DNA of 64,000 nt. It comes from Eledone cirrhosa. Taxonomy: Eukaryota. Of the stretch, positions 25,411 through 39,089 are shown piece by piece (position 1 is the stretch's first letter; each line of letters starts with the position of its first letter). The position numbers and the translations under genes were made by a program. The notes under the pieces were generated by a model. It saw only the letters and a program-made list of their open reading frames with translations. It had not been told where the DNA came from and ran no database searches. The DNA is taken from assembly GCA_964016885.1 (NCBI GenBank), contig CAXHJY010000892.1, positions 1-64,000 of the forward strand, read 5' to 3'.

Positions 25411-26309
25411 CATTGATGCTATCATTGAAGATCTCCGACCAAAAGCCAACAGTTGGTAAGTGGCCATAACTTATGGAACAGTTACCTTTAGACTTAACTA
25501 AACAAGCCAGCAATGGAGTCTCTCAATCTACTAGAAACAGCAGCCAAATCTCCTTCAAATCACAACCTATTATCTTGTAAGGGGAAGAGACATAATATTG
25601 GATGATGAGTCTTCCAGTTTTACAATTAACAGAACAGCTTACTTTTTAAATGAATGTATACGAGGCTGAGTATTCCACAGTCACAATGTACTTCTCAGAC
25701 AGAATCAGCATGGCACAGTGCAAGACCAAAGCTGGACCTTTGAATTACAGGTACAATATTCATCTGACAGGTTTCCACAGAGTTTCTCACTCTAGGCTTG
25801 ATTTGAAGCTGTTTTGTTTGTGTTCACTATTTTAGATCAATATCTTCAATAAGGATTTAATTGATTAATTGAATATGTACAATATTGTTTTGAATGAGGT
25901 TTTTCTAGTTTCGCTTCCTTCTCTTTCTTTTTAACCTCAACATTCTAGTAAGTTCTCCATTCATTGACTTTCTTCTGCTGCTGTTGACTCCCTCACACCC
26001 TTTAGCATGTCCTAGCTTCACTGATTGAAAACATGTTTTTAATTCATGGCTTTTTTTTTTTTTTTTTTGTCCATGTGTGAGCTTGTTTTAGTCACGTGAA
26101 TAAACATATTGGCAAAGTGATTAGAGCACAGAACAAACTGCCATATAGTATTTGTTCAAACACTTTGCACTCTGAGTTCAAATCCTATCAAAGTCAACTT
26201 TGCCTTTCATCCTTTTTGGGGTCAGTAAAATATAGTACCAGACCAGAGTGGTGGTGGTGGAACCATGAAATTTTTAAAGCATCAGACAAAATATTTTGTA
26301 TTATTTGTC

Positions 26310-26525
26310 CTAGCTTGGCAGTATTGGTAAAGCGTTGGACAACATGTTTTGCAGCACAGAGTTACGGCCTTTTATATTCTGAGTTCAAATCCCACTGAGG
26401 TTAGCTTTGCCTTTCATCCTTACGAGATTGATAAAATAAAGCACCAGTAATGGACTGAGGTTGATTTAATCGACTTCCCCTCCCCTAAAACTGTTGGCCT
26501 TGTGCCTAAATCAGAAACCATTATT
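26310..26525 (+). mobile_element. SINE family 1, longer variant
   Basis: A/B boxes, core, tail GGCCTTGTGCCTAAA. Confidence 0.8.
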
Positions 26526-26571
26526 TGTTCTAGCCCTTTCAGTTCTGAATGTACATCTTACTGAGGCCTAC

Positions 26572-26970
26572 TTGGGATAGTAGATTTAATCTATCACTAG
26601 GTTTAACACCAACGCCTAGTTCTAGGGTGGTAGACATAATACTGCTGCTACCCAGCTCTGGGTAGTAGATTTAATCTATCACTAGGTTTAACACCAACAC
26701 CTAGTTCTGGGGTGGTAGACATATTACTGCTACCCAGCTCTGGGGTGGTAAACATAATCCATCACCCAGCTCTGGAGTGGTAGACTTAATCTGTCACCTG
26801 GTTTAACACCAACACCCTGTCTAACCCATACTAGAGTGGAAGATGGACGTTAAATGAAGATGATGATGATGATGATGACTCGGTCCTTGGGTGGTAAGCA
26901 TAATCTGTCACCCAGTTTAACATCACCACCAGGTTCTGGGGTGGTAAACATAATACCACCACCCAGGTCT
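26572..26970. repeat. About 80-bp degenerate minisatellite interrupted by an RTE 3' tip (26813-26877)
   Basis: Repeated GTAGATTTAATCTATCACTAGGTTTAACACCAAC...ACCCAGCTCTGG units. Confidence 0.8.
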
Positions 26971-27107
26971 TGGGTACTTTTAGTGGAATCCACTCTGTTG
27001 CAAGTGTCTAAGTCAGGCCTCCAATTTAAGGATACTCCTCCTTCCTTTCCCCCTACCAATCTTGGAGGTCCTGAAAGGGTCATGGGTACTATCCTTCCTT
27101 TCCTAAC

Positions 27108-27340
27108 TTAACCTTTTTTTGATACCAACCCAGTCAAAACTAGCTCTGGTTCTAATTAAACCACCCATTTTAAAGGGTTCCTATTTAAATTTAAATCTTC
27201 AAACAATTTTATATAAGAACCATGTTAAGTTACTATCTTAGTAATGAAATAATTAATAATTTTGATAAATCCCTTAAAATTCTTTATAATTAATTGAAAT
27301 AGAGTGTATTTCATTCAAATTACTATCACAAAAGGGTTAA
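27108..27340. mobile_element. TTAA-flanked MITE (piggyBac-like ends)
   Basis: TTAACCTTTT..GATA and TATC.CAAAAGGGTTAA; related copy at about 42945-43390. Confidence 0.65.
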
Positions 27341-27736
27341 ACAATAAAAATGATATTAAAATGATTGAAAACATGTATTATATTCCTGGCATTTTGTAGC
27401 TGGCTTTCACATTAACCCTTGCTAGTCATTCTCACTGTGTATCACATTCTACAATTGCTGCTAATGTAATTTCTACACACTTTTGTTTTATTTTATTTCA
27501 TTTTATGATATTGAGTTCACTGTCCCACAGTTTGGCATTGTCCATAATTGCCACAACTTCACATTTATGTTGGTGTAAATATGTTATTCCCCGATCCCTG
27601 TTCCACACCCACCCCAACTACATGGACACCCCTTCCCCAACACACAACTGTTCAAGTGCTGATGACCTTACTACATGGCGACCCCATCTAACACACACAT
27701 AACTGTCCCATGTGGACAGGTATGGCTACAACAAGC

Positions 27737-27953
27737 TTAACCCTTTAGCATGTACATTACTCTATATATATACTATTGTATTTTTGCGGTAAAGACTTAT
27801 TATCTCACATAATATCGAATCTATGAGATTTTGATATTTATTTTGAGAACAATACCTTAACATCAGTATGAGTGGCCAGTTACGGCTGGTTTAAACAGAA
27901 AGAGGTGAGAGAATTTTAGCCAGACATGGCCAGTTTAAATGTTAAAGGGTTAA
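27737..27953. mobile_element. TTAA-flanked MITE (piggyBac-like); other copies at about 42390-42605, 56277-56717, 59770-59901, 62540-62729
   Basis: TTAACCCTTTAGCAT...ATGTTAAAGGGTTAA; shared internal sequence. Confidence 0.8.
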
Positions 27954-28752
27954 ATAATCTGGCAATGGTATGTTGAGTTCTTTTATCCAACAGTGGATCA
28001 ACAACATCTGAATAGAAAATTTAACTATAGTTGTTTTTCCATGCAGATGGCGTCTCTGCTGAGTTACCAATTATTCTCTATATAAATCTGTTTGTCTTCA
28101 CTGACTAGTGGACATTGAGATTTTCATCAGTTATAATGCTAATCTACAATAGGCTGCTATTTATTTTTACATCAAAATGAATACACATATAATAATAAGT
28201 GGGATATGTGAATTAAAACAAAATGTAGGGGGACAAATTTTCCATTTCAAAATTTCCTTAGTCACGAAAATTGTTCTGCCACAGGCCATAGTTTGCAGAC
28301 TTCTGAGTTTACGATCATGGCCATCATATCTTTTTTTCTCAAATATAAAACTGAGAAGATACATATGATCGACTAATTCTCTTTGAGACGGTGCCCCAGC
28401 ATCGCCACAGTCAAATGACTGAAACCAGTAAAAGTATATAAAGGTTATAACATCTACTGTGGCCCCACCCGCCCCCACCTCCTCTACTGTCCCTCTGTCT
28501 GTGTGTCACTGTGCTTACAAACTTCATCAAGCTACTACCCACCCACTTCTCTCCCTACAGGTTGTTGTTCTAGACTTAACTGGTGAGTGAATTAGCTTTG
28601 ACCAACGACAAACAAGCTTTTTATTGTTTATTTTTTTATATTTATATATATTTTAATATCATCCCTTTCTCACTCTCTCTCTCTCTCTCATGCCTCTCTG
28701 TATCTCTCTCTCATGCCTCTCTGTATCTCTCACCCATACCTCTCATTTTATT

Positions 28753-28783
<31 letters not shown>

Positions 28784-28895
28784 GCTTTTATCTCCTCATG
28801 CCTCTCTGTTTATCTCACTCATCCATGCATCTCTTTATATATATGTGTGTGTGTATATGTATATATCACTATATATATATATATATATCTATATA

Positions 28896-28940
<45 letters not shown>

Positions 28941-29052
28941 TCTTATCTCTTCATCTCTCTCTCTGCTACTGCTGCATGACTCCCATACTTTGCTATCATT
29001 TAACCATGTTTATATTGAATCACTCTCTAACATCACTATCATTATTATAATA

Positions 29053-29226
29053 ATTGTTTCTACTTTAGGCACAAGGCCAGCAAATTACCCAGTGCATTAC
29101 TGGTACTTTATTTTATCGACCCCGTAAGGATGAAAGGCAAAGTCAACCTCGGCGGGATTTGAACTCAGATCATAAAGGGACATAACTATGCTGGAAAGCA
29201 TGGCGTCCGACCCTCTACTGATACTA
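29053..29226 (-). mobile_element. SINE family 1
   Basis: Reverse complement of the 58241-58430 type. Confidence 0.88.
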
Positions 29227-29414
29227 TTATAATAATAATAATAATTTACTGCTACTGCTGCTGACCTTTTCATCTTCCTCCCCTCCATCAGACATGCACA
29301 CACCTCACCCTGGCTTATAATCAGACCTAACTGCTTTATGTGTAACATCCTCTTATCCTCTTCCTTCTCTCTCTCTTGCTATCCCCCATTACATTCTCTA
29401 CACCTGTAATCTAT

Positions 29415-29461
<47 letters not shown>

Positions 29462-29546
29462 ATACCATCATAATCACCATTTAATGGCCATTTTTTGGCA
29501 CTAGTGTATGTATATATATGTAGTGTGTATATATATATATATATGT

Positions 29547-29606
<60 letters not shown>

Positions 29607-29649
29607 ACACACTTGCATATATATAATATATATTGTATATTTATATAGG

Positions 29650-29702
<53 letters not shown>

Positions 29703-29829
29703 ATGACTCATGCACTGTTCATTTTCCTGACGTTTGTACATTACCCTATGTACTATACATACACTTTTTGATGAGTTGTAGTGCACCTGGCACTGTACAC
29801 AATATTTTCATTATTATTATTTATATAGC

Positions 29830-32520
29830 CAATGGAGGGATTGTTTTCTTGCCATTTTATAACAATTAAATAAATCATCATTAAGTTCGCAACTCCAAGA
29901 GAAATGCGATTTATAATTTTGGTTTCTTCTGTAGCTACAACTGAATAAAGTTTGATTACCTTCTTTGTTATTTGTCTTCGATACTTCCTTAATTTTGTTG
30001 TTGATGTTGTGTTCAGCCATGCTGTTTGTAGCAAATCCTTGTAAAATGAATTATCTATTTAGTCGGATATCTCTACGAATTTGAATAAAAGGTGGCTTCA
30101 GAAGGGATAGTTAGAAGAATAACCAGTTATTCAACCTGGCTGTAGTTGTGGCATTACTGTCGGAGATAGTATTCATCTTAAATTTGATAAATAGTCTCCC
30201 ACGCCAAAATATGCGACTGATCGCGTTGTTATCTCTTTCTCTTAATTTCGAGTATATTTTTTTGACCGGCCACCTTCTTGGTGGTTGAAGGTGCCAGCTA
30301 TCGCAGCCATTTGTAGACAATGAATTAGGGAGCTGCGCTTTTTGTCCGCAAATCCAAGTTCAGTCATATTTGGTCCAAACGGGTTGGTATATAACGCGTA
30401 GCTCCAATAATGATGGGTATGAAGCTAAAGGTGTATCTTGGATACTGGATTTGCAAACTCCTCATCAATGGTCCATAGATGTCCTCCTTCTCTGTATTTT
30501 TCTGACAACGTTTACAACAAGTGGGCAGGTGATCACAACAGAACACGTTTTCAATGTGTGGTCCCAAACAACAATATCAGGCCGGTTGTGCTTTAATTTG
30601 GTGGCAGTTTTTATTTTCAGGTTCCACCAGTATTCCTTAGTGCCATCTGTCTCAATATATTCTTCCTCGTTTGTTGTTAATTTTGTTTTCCGAAGTGCGC
30701 TCCAGATGGTTCTAGCTATCCCATCGTGTCTCATGGGGAGGTAGTAGCGAGATGACATTCTTTCGCAGCTGGCAACAATGTGGCTTACATCCTCGATCTT
30801 TGTTTTACATAGCCTACATTTATTGTCAGCTGATGGCCCTCCCCTTTTGTGCAGCAGATATTTGGTAGGGAGTTCTTGTTCCTGTATTGCATAGAGATAT
30901 CCCTCAAGGTGTGATGTCATAAACCTGTCGGAACTCCATGCCAGGCTTTTTGGTCTGTGTTTTACGTCTCAAGTATCCATGCACAACTTTTTCTGTAAAT
31001 TGGTCAATTTTTTCATCTTGTTTGAACATTGAATAGGATCTTCCGATTTCTCTGGGTGAGAGATTTATATCAGGCTTTATTCCATATCTCTCTTCCAGAT
31101 CAGTGGCTATTCTAATGATATATTTTTTTTCATGCTCATAAACCTGGGCAAGATGGTTGCCAACCTTTTTCCTCTGTTGAAGGTGTTGCTTCAGTGTTAC
31201 TATCCGGGTCTCATATGATGTTAATATGGATTTTAGAGCCCGGCCACCTTCCTTGCGTGAGAAGTATAGCCTATCCACATCACCATTGATGTTAAAGTTC
31301 CCAGTATCACTGAGAAGTTTGCGAGTTCTAACATCCATCTCACTTAGTTCTTGCAATGACCAATTCAGCAGGTCAAATGTTGGCGTTAGAATTGGCACAG
31401 CATAAGTATTGTGGGCAATGTATTTGTTGTACACTGACAGTTCTGATGACCATATTTTCTTTACTCTTCTGAGGTATTCAGTTCTGGTTCTCTCCTTATT
31501 TATGGGTCCATCATATCTGACATTCTCATCTTGTCCAAGATATCTGTAGTTGTCACCTGACTGTAGAGGTTGTATTGTCAGGCCGTTCATTTCTAGATTT
31601 CTAGAGGAGGACACAGCTCTTCCACGTTTTACTGCCAAATATGCACACTTGGACTCACCAAATTTCATTTTGATGTCTGTTGAAAATTGTGTAATGAGGT
31701 CCAATTGTTTCTTGATGTCATTGATATTTGGCCCATACAACTTCAGGTCATCAACAAAGACAAGATGGGAGATACTTCTGGACCCACTTCTTTGTCCACC
31801 TTGTTTCCTGAGTAGGTAAGATAGTGGATTTAGTGAGAGAACGAAGAGTAGCACTGACAAGCTATCACCCTGAAAGATGCCCTTCTCGTAATGTATCCTA
31901 TCAGTCTTAACTTGCTCCTTCTCACCGCTAAGGATCAAATTGGTGTACCAGTTCTTGGCCAGACGTTCAACAGCAGCTACCAGTGGTTGTGGGACTTTGG
32001 CTAACTGTAAAGCCTTAACAATCCACCCATGAGGTACACTATCAAATGCTTTTTACTAGTCCAGCCACACCACAGTCATGTTTCTGCGATTCTTTGTTGT
32101 TTTTTTCTTAAATCATTTTATTAGTTAGTAGTTGATCTATGCAACCCCACACCTCCCTCTTTCCACCAGCTTGCTCAGGTGTTAGCATAGTGATCCTGTA
32201 AGAACAGGTTAAGGCACCCAGTATATAATTTATACATGATGTTTTGGCAGGCTATTGGGCGGTAATTTTTAGCAAGGGTGGTTTGGCTATTTTGGGGAAT
32301 GAGGAGAGTAGTGGCAGTTGATAACCATCTGGACAGTTCTTGTGTGCCTTTAATGGTTTTTGTAAACAGCCGTATGAGATCTTGCCGATAGAAAGTGAAA
32401 TTCTTCAACCAGTATCCTGTAATGAGGTCTGGGCCTGGTGATTCCCTATTCGACATTTTCTGTAGAGCTGTTTCCAGTATTGACCCATCTATGTCATATT
32501 GTTTTGGCAGTAGTCCTGTT
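29830..32520 (-). mobile_element. Second R4/Dong-like RLE retrotransposon (distinct family), decayed and rearranged
   Basis: SPGPDLI, NYRPIAC, GIFQGDSLS, FVDDLKLY, CRLC..SHIVASC, RHD, RPDIVVWD. Confidence 0.9.
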
Positions 32521-34901
32521 CATACATACGTATGTATGTATGTATTTATGTCAGGTCACCAGTTGGTGCTACTGGTAACATGTATCCCAGTACAACCTGT
32601 CTCATGGTCAGGTCGTTGGCAACTAAACTGGTAGCCCCACCGATGTTTCTTGGTGAGGAGGGTGACTTTGGACATCCTGCAGGACTAAAAACAAAACCTG
32701 TCAAAGGGCAAAGGAGCTCTTAAGAGTCAATGGCAATCCAAAATCACCGGGAGAGATGCCCCCTTAGCCTTTGTCAAGGCAGAATTCTAGAAGGAGGAAA
32801 ACTCTGATGTAACACCTGCAACCCTGATGGTATCCAATGATGTTGACTTGTTCTTCTTTTTGGTAAATATCATCTTGGTTAAGAGAGTGGGACTGGCTTT
32901 GTGCAGTGCCTTTGCCCACTATAAAAGCTTCACGGCACAGGCATTGCTTTATATCTGGAGATCTCTCTGCACTTGTTGTCACATGGTACCATGGGCCCAG
33001 CACTATGTGTCAATAATTGTCACAAGTGTAGTGTTTGAACCAGAGTTTTCAAGTCGCTGGCTGGACTAAAAAGTCACACTCGTTCAGCGCATCGGTAGGA
33101 GTTCTCTTACATGGATATAAAGTAGTGGCCGTACTCGAAAACGAGTTGGCAGCCACCATGTATGTATGTATGTATGTTATAAAATGTTATAGTTTGCTTG
33201 AAGCATTGTATATAATATATAATGTTGAAAGAGATAGAAGGCTAAACAATGCAAAATGGACTGTAAGATGAGGTAACAAAAAGTAAAAGTAAGTCACCTG
33301 GTAATCTTTTTTATTTTGTTGCTGTTGTTGTTCTTTTATCTGTCCAATATTTCAGGACCTAAAAGTCCCATCGGAGTTTAAGGAACTTTCAGTGGATAAT
33401 GTTCCGATTTTCTCTCTTTTGGATAAAATTTTATCCCAAATTTAGTACGAGCTGTTATTTTAATCTCATGTGAACAACTTCTATTGTAAATTTCTTGAGT
33501 ATTCATTTATTCATTCACCTACGTACCTACGGGTGGAACAAGAGCATGCTATATATAACTAAAAATACACAGCTAAGTAAAAAGTGTTTGCCTTTTGATG
33601 TTTAAATTCACTGTTTTGTATCAGTCAAACTTAATCAATGTTCTTATCAGCCAGTCACTTTTATCCTTCCTCAACACATGATTCCATGATCTAAGTCCAT
33701 TTCTCTTTACAACATTTATCACTGACTCTATTCCTATAGCCCAATCATTTTCATCTATCCTTAACACACAATATATATATAAAGTACCAGTAATGCACTG
33801 AGGTAATTGCAGGCCTTGTGCTTAAAGTAGAAACAATTATTTTATTCCTCTTCACAACATTTATTACTGTTCTGTTCACATCACCCAGTCACCCCTCAAC
33901 ATATGGCCCAGGTATCTCATTCCATTTCTATTTACATCACCCAGTATCATTGGCTCTATTCCTCTACTACAGTTCCTTCCTTCAGCATATAACTGAGTCA
34001 TCTCATTCCACTTCTCTCCACAACATTCAACACTGACTCTATTTCTCTCACCCAATCACTGTTGTCCTTTCTCAACACATGATCAAACCATCTCATTCTA
34101 TTTCTCTTCACAACATTCATCACTGGTTCTGTTACCACCATCCTCCCATTGTCTTGATCCAACCATAAATAAATAAATAAATACACAAAAGTAAAAAAAA
34201 ATATAATCTAGGAATAAAAACTTTTGCAATCCATTTTATGAATTATATGTGAACTATTTTTATTATTTACTTGTGTCCCAAAATAAATTAGAGAGAAAAA
34301 AAACAACCTTTCGATTTAAAGTTAGATAATCAATAATACTTGCTCTATTTTTATAACTGAATATCTGTTAAAAATACCAACATTTCACAGTCAGAGTGAA
34401 AGAATTAATGTTGGATTTTGTAATGAGTAAAGAACTGTTCCAAAATAATGCCTTCCTCATCTCTTGAGATTTATATTTTGTCAATTTTTAAAATAATTCC
34501 TGAAATCATTCATTAAGAAATAAATGACAGGCCAGCAAACCACAACAATCTATGAAATTATACAATAGCTTTAGGAGACTGAAGGAAAATATTGGACTGG
34601 ACCACAAACCAGCGTAGCAGACTGAATAAAAGTAAAGGACTGGACGATTAACCAGCCTAGGAAACTGAATAATAATAATTGACTGAATGATAAACCAGCT
34701 TAGTAAACTAAATATTAATAATGGACTTGACTATAAACCAACCCAGTAAACTAAATGTAAATAATGGACAGGTCCACATATCCACAAAGGAGAACAATAA
34801 ATATATATGTGTAAGGAACAGTAAACTTGAGGATTTCAGATGTCTTTATCATGAGTTTAATTTTCTCTCTCTCTCATATATATATATGGTGTGTGTGTGT
34901 T

Positions 34902-35194
34902 TGTTTTGAACAATTAAAATAAAACAAAGGTGAAGATAGGTTCTTATTTAGTTTGTTGTTTTACGATCATAGTAAATCGATATATTCATCAGAAGCAATC
35001 TGATTGTTTCTGAGGAAGACATGGAGATGGATCTAGGATATCATGACTAGTCATATGTGCTGGTATAGCCATTGTCAATTAGTCAATATATCGATTTACC
35101 ATAATCAATCATCAACCTTCTGAAACAATTGTAAAACTATGAACTAATTAAGAACCTATCTTTACCTTTTGTTTTATTTTCATTGATCAAAACA
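34902..35194. repeat. Palindrome of two divergent hammerhead-bearing arms (left arm internally deleted)
   Basis: Centre TCAGAAGCAATC-T-GATTGTTTCTGA; outer arms GATAGGTTCTTA and TAAGAACCTATC. Confidence 0.75.
35006..35137 (+). ncRNA. Type I hammerhead motif with long stem II
   Basis: gttt-CTGAGGA-aga...tct-GAAA-caattg-TA-aaac. Confidence 0.68.
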
Positions 35195-35416
35195 GATATA
35201 TATATATGACTTTGTAGTTCATTTAGAATCTACAATAGAATTTTAGATGATGAAAGTCCTCCTACTAAAACAATGTCTCTTGCTGCATGAGCTCATTGAA
35301 ATTATCTCTTCAAGACTGCATGGAGTTCTAACAACAATATATATATATATAAATTTTGTTGTACACACTCTACTAATGTATTGAGTACCTTACTTACTTT
35401 GGTTACTCCCAATATA

Positions 35417-36942
35417 TCATCATCATCATTTTACGTCCGCTTTTCCCTGCTTGCAAGGGTTGGACAGGTCCTATTCAGCACAGCATCTCTCCACTTGTCA
35501 CGGTCCTTCGTCATCTCCTCGGTGAGTTACTGCGATCTGAGGTCTGCTCTCACCACCTCCTCCCATGTTTTTCGTAGTCTACCTCTACAGCGTCTTCCCT
35601 CAACTGGGACTTCCTGGCACTTCTTCACCCATCGGTCATCCTCCATGCGCATCACATGTCCATACCATCTCAGTCTTCTTTCCTGCACACCACAACTTAT
35701 CCTTCTTATACCCAATTTCTTTCTCAACTTGTCTATGCTTGGTTGTTCACTCACATTGACATTGCCCATCCAACGGAACATACTTGCTTCATTTCTCTCC
35801 AGCCGTCACATATCTTCTGCAGTTGCTGCCCATGTCTCACTACCATGTAGCATCGCGTATCTCACACAGGCATCATACAACTGTCTCTTCGTATGCAGGG
35901 AGAAACCTTTCTTTGTCAACAGAGGAAGCAGCTCCCTAAACTTCTTCCAACCCGTCCTTATGCTAGATACTAAGGCCTCGGAACACCCCTCCCATACTAA
36001 TCTGATCACCTAGGTACTGGAAGCTATCAACCACTTCTATAGAACCCACCTGCATTGGAAAAATGAGTCTATCACAGCGATTACTACTGCCAAATTTCTC
36101 TGTACGTCTACTGCATACGTAGTTTTCCCTACCTGTTAGTTTGCCTGCTATACCACTACATCTCTTGTGTACCCAAGATCTGCATTGCGTACATTTTATG
36201 GAATTTATGCCAGTTCCTTTCCTACATATCGAACATGGCCATTTCCCTGATGGAATCAGAGTGTTGTCCTCTCTTCTACTTATCAACACTTTTGTTTTAG
36301 CTATGTTCTCTCTCAAGCCTCTTGATTCCAAGTGCTGTTCCATAGCCAGAATTTATTGTCTAGCTCCTCTACTGATTCTGCTATAAAAACCAGATCATCA
36401 ACATAGAGAAGTTCCCATGGGCATCCAGTCTTAAACTCCTCTGTTATGGCTTGGAGGACTATAATGAACAAGAGTGGGCTGAGGACAGAACCTATCAAAG
36501 GCCTTCTCTAGGTCAACAAAAGCTAAGTATAGTAGCTTATTCTTCTCTAAGAACCTCTCTTGTAGTTGCCTCACTTTGAAGAGGGCATCTGTTGAAATTT
36601 TTCGAGGCACAAAATCAAACTGCATCTCATATCTAGAATTCCTCACTAAACTCCATTCCTATTCTCACTTTACTGACATCCCCCCTGTACATAGCTTGCA
36701 CTGTCCTCACAAGCCATTCCTCTACACTTAGTTTCCTTAGAGACCATCAGATGACAGATCAGGGTACCCTATCAAAGGCCTTCTCTAGGTCAACAAAAGC
36801 TAAGTATAGTGGCTTATTCTTCTCTAAGAACCTCTCTTGTAGTTGCCTCACTTTGAAGAGGGCATCTGTTGAACTTTTTCGAGGCACAAAATCAAACTGC
36901 ATCTCATCTAAATTGACTCTTTCTCTAATCAGTTGCGCTAAT
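35417..36942 (-). mobile_element. RTE LINE family B, 5'-truncated, internally rearranged
   Basis: Same tail and ORF fragments as 5990-7360; QFDF..KAFDR segment present twice. Confidence 0.92.
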
Positions 36943-36949
36943 GAAGATT

Positions 36950-37165
36950 ATAAAGGGGTTGGTTCATATTGACTACAGGTACGCTTGTGGCCACTCCAGT
37001 GAATGTTGGATAGGCAGGCATGGCTGCAGTGGCTGCAGCTAAAGGTTTGGTTAGGGTTTAATATGACTTGGTGTTGTGGCTTTTCCTACTGTGCTTTTTG
37101 TCTATGGATGTTTTTGAAGGTGGAAACAGCATGGTTGATGTTCAGGTACTAGGCATCATGGCTCT
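36950..37165 (-). mobile_element. Old RTE/BovB-type 3' end
   Basis: Translates to FSCSHCSHACLSNIHWSGHKRTC with upstream stops. Confidence 0.55.
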
Positions 37166-37170
37166 CAGCT

Positions 37171-37490
37171 AGAATAATACAGGATTCAAAGTATTGTGCA
37201 TTTACAAAAACATAAGCTTGTGTATATACTTTTTATACATGAGAAATAAAGAGTTATGAGCGTTTTTCACAAATATGTTAAAATGCATTAATTGGTTATA
37301 ACCAATTAACAGCTTTAATGTATTTTAACATATTTGTGAAAAATGCTCATAAATCTTTATTTTATATGTCATCATCCTCACCGTTTAACATCTACCTTCC
37401 ACGCTAGCATGGGTTTAGACAGGTATAAAAAGTATATACACAAGCTTTTGCTTTTGTAAATGCGCAATACTTTTAATCCTGTATTATTCT
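37171..37490. repeat. Long palindrome (arms of about 120 bp) with an RTE 3' tip inserted at 37370-37422
   Basis: AGAATAATACAGGATT...AATCCTGTATTATTCT; central AATTGGTTATAACCAATT. Confidence 0.88.
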
Positions 37491-37989
37491 TGATTAGTTT
37501 TATGATTTTAATCAATTTATTGTTATTTTTTATTATATTTCTTGAAGAGATACAGCTTTAAGTAGAGCACCTATAATGGAGTTACTTAACTGATAATATC
37601 TGGGGTTTTTTCTCTACAATTGATGAAATACTCTTGCCGCATTAAAACACTCCATTGAAACGAAAGTGCAGCCTAAAGCCACTCAACTTCAAAAGCTCAA
37701 CAAAAAACAAGAGAAAATGTTAGGAGCCAAAATTAAAATGAAAAAGGGAGTTAAAAACTCGCGTTAATACCCTATAATTTATAAGCTCAAAGTATGAAAC
37801 CTAGGCTCTTTACAATATAATATATAGAAATAAACACACACAGAAGTGTGTTTAGAATTACATGGGTTGAAAAGCCACTTTGATGCAATGCATATAATCT
37901 ATGAACAAACGGAAAATACATAATAACCGGAAAAGATGAATTAAAATGTCTATATATACATATATTTTGCAAATTTAAAGAAGGCCTTA

Positions 37990-38950
37990 GGGTTTGTTTT
38001 TATATTTTCTATGATACTGGCCTCTCTCTCTGCCCTCTCCTTTTCATGGGAAAGTTTAAGTGTAGTTTCAATTTCAAGCAGTGCCTGTTTCAAATGGGGT
38101 TCTTTCTTGTTCTTCTGTTGTGCATCTACCAGGTTTGAGATCTTTGTTCTTCATCTCATGAGGATTTTCCTGTCTCTGGGAATAAAAATGTTGTCTCTGT
38201 TGGCCTTTTCTTCCAGGATAAATTTACAGCATATGTTTTGTATTGTCATGAAATATTGAAATTGCATGTTGGTGTCTTGCATCATCTTTACGTTATGGAT
38301 GAGCACCATGTTATTTGTAAAGCAGAGATCCAGGACATTCTCTTCTCTTGTTGGGTGTAGTACTACATGTTCTATAAACAGCCTTCTTCCATTTTCTGAG
38401 GCTATCTTCAAACTTACCTTCATGACTAGGGGTATTTGGTAGCTGATATGTGACACATATTAACCATTTTGATTTGCTTTAAATATACCACTGCAAAGTG
38501 GTCGTGGAGGTGCCGCGGCAAAAAAGCACCCAGCACTCACTGTAAATAACGTTGGTGTTAGGAAAGGCATCCAGCTGTAGAAATCAAGCCAGCATCAGTT
38601 CCCGTCCCACCCTTGCAAGCAGGGAAAAAACGGACGTAAAAATGAAATGATGATGAAATGATACTATTAGCATGTCGCAGACCAAGTTGGAATGTGACAA
38701 CGATATCTTCAGGGTGTACAAAGCAACTCTACCATGACTTCTCTTCATCCAGTCAGTGCAAAATACAATTTACTTTGGTATGTGTATTTCTGCATCTGCT
38801 ATGCTAGCTCTCAGGTGAGGCCTCTGACATTTAGTAGTAGCACTGATGTGACATTTTGGGTGGCTGCTGATATGGCATTTGTGTGGGTATCAGTGGTAGC
38901 CACCCTGGGTCCTTTATTTGTGGTGGTTACACATGTATATTAAGTAAGGA
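37990..38950 (-). mobile_element. Degraded CR1-like LINE endonuclease region, interrupted by a SINE
   Basis: SVLLLNVRGL, HPTREENVLDLCFTN, IPRDRKILMR. Confidence 0.65.
38488..38663 (+). mobile_element. SINE family 2, 3' part (unedited comparator)
   Basis: GTTAGGAAAGGCATCCAGCTGTAGAAATCAAGCC...CCCTTGCAAGCAGGG..CGGACGTAAA. Confidence 0.85.
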
Positions 38951-39089
38951 GAGTCCAGCACAACCAGAAGCCTTTTTGAACATTATATTCATTTGTGAAT
39001 ATGACCATCACACTTTATATTTATGATTCAAAGTAATCATATTCTTTTTCCTTTTTGCTGAAGTGAAGTAAAGTTATATATCTAACCAG

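Noticed and set aside
26572-26970. CRISPR-like repeat array
   Set aside because: Eukaryotic context; the intervening sequences are themselves repeated, so this is a minisatellite.
28561-28582. 22-nt microexon (cag|...|gtgagt)
   Set aside because: Good splice signals but no partner exons or homology support.
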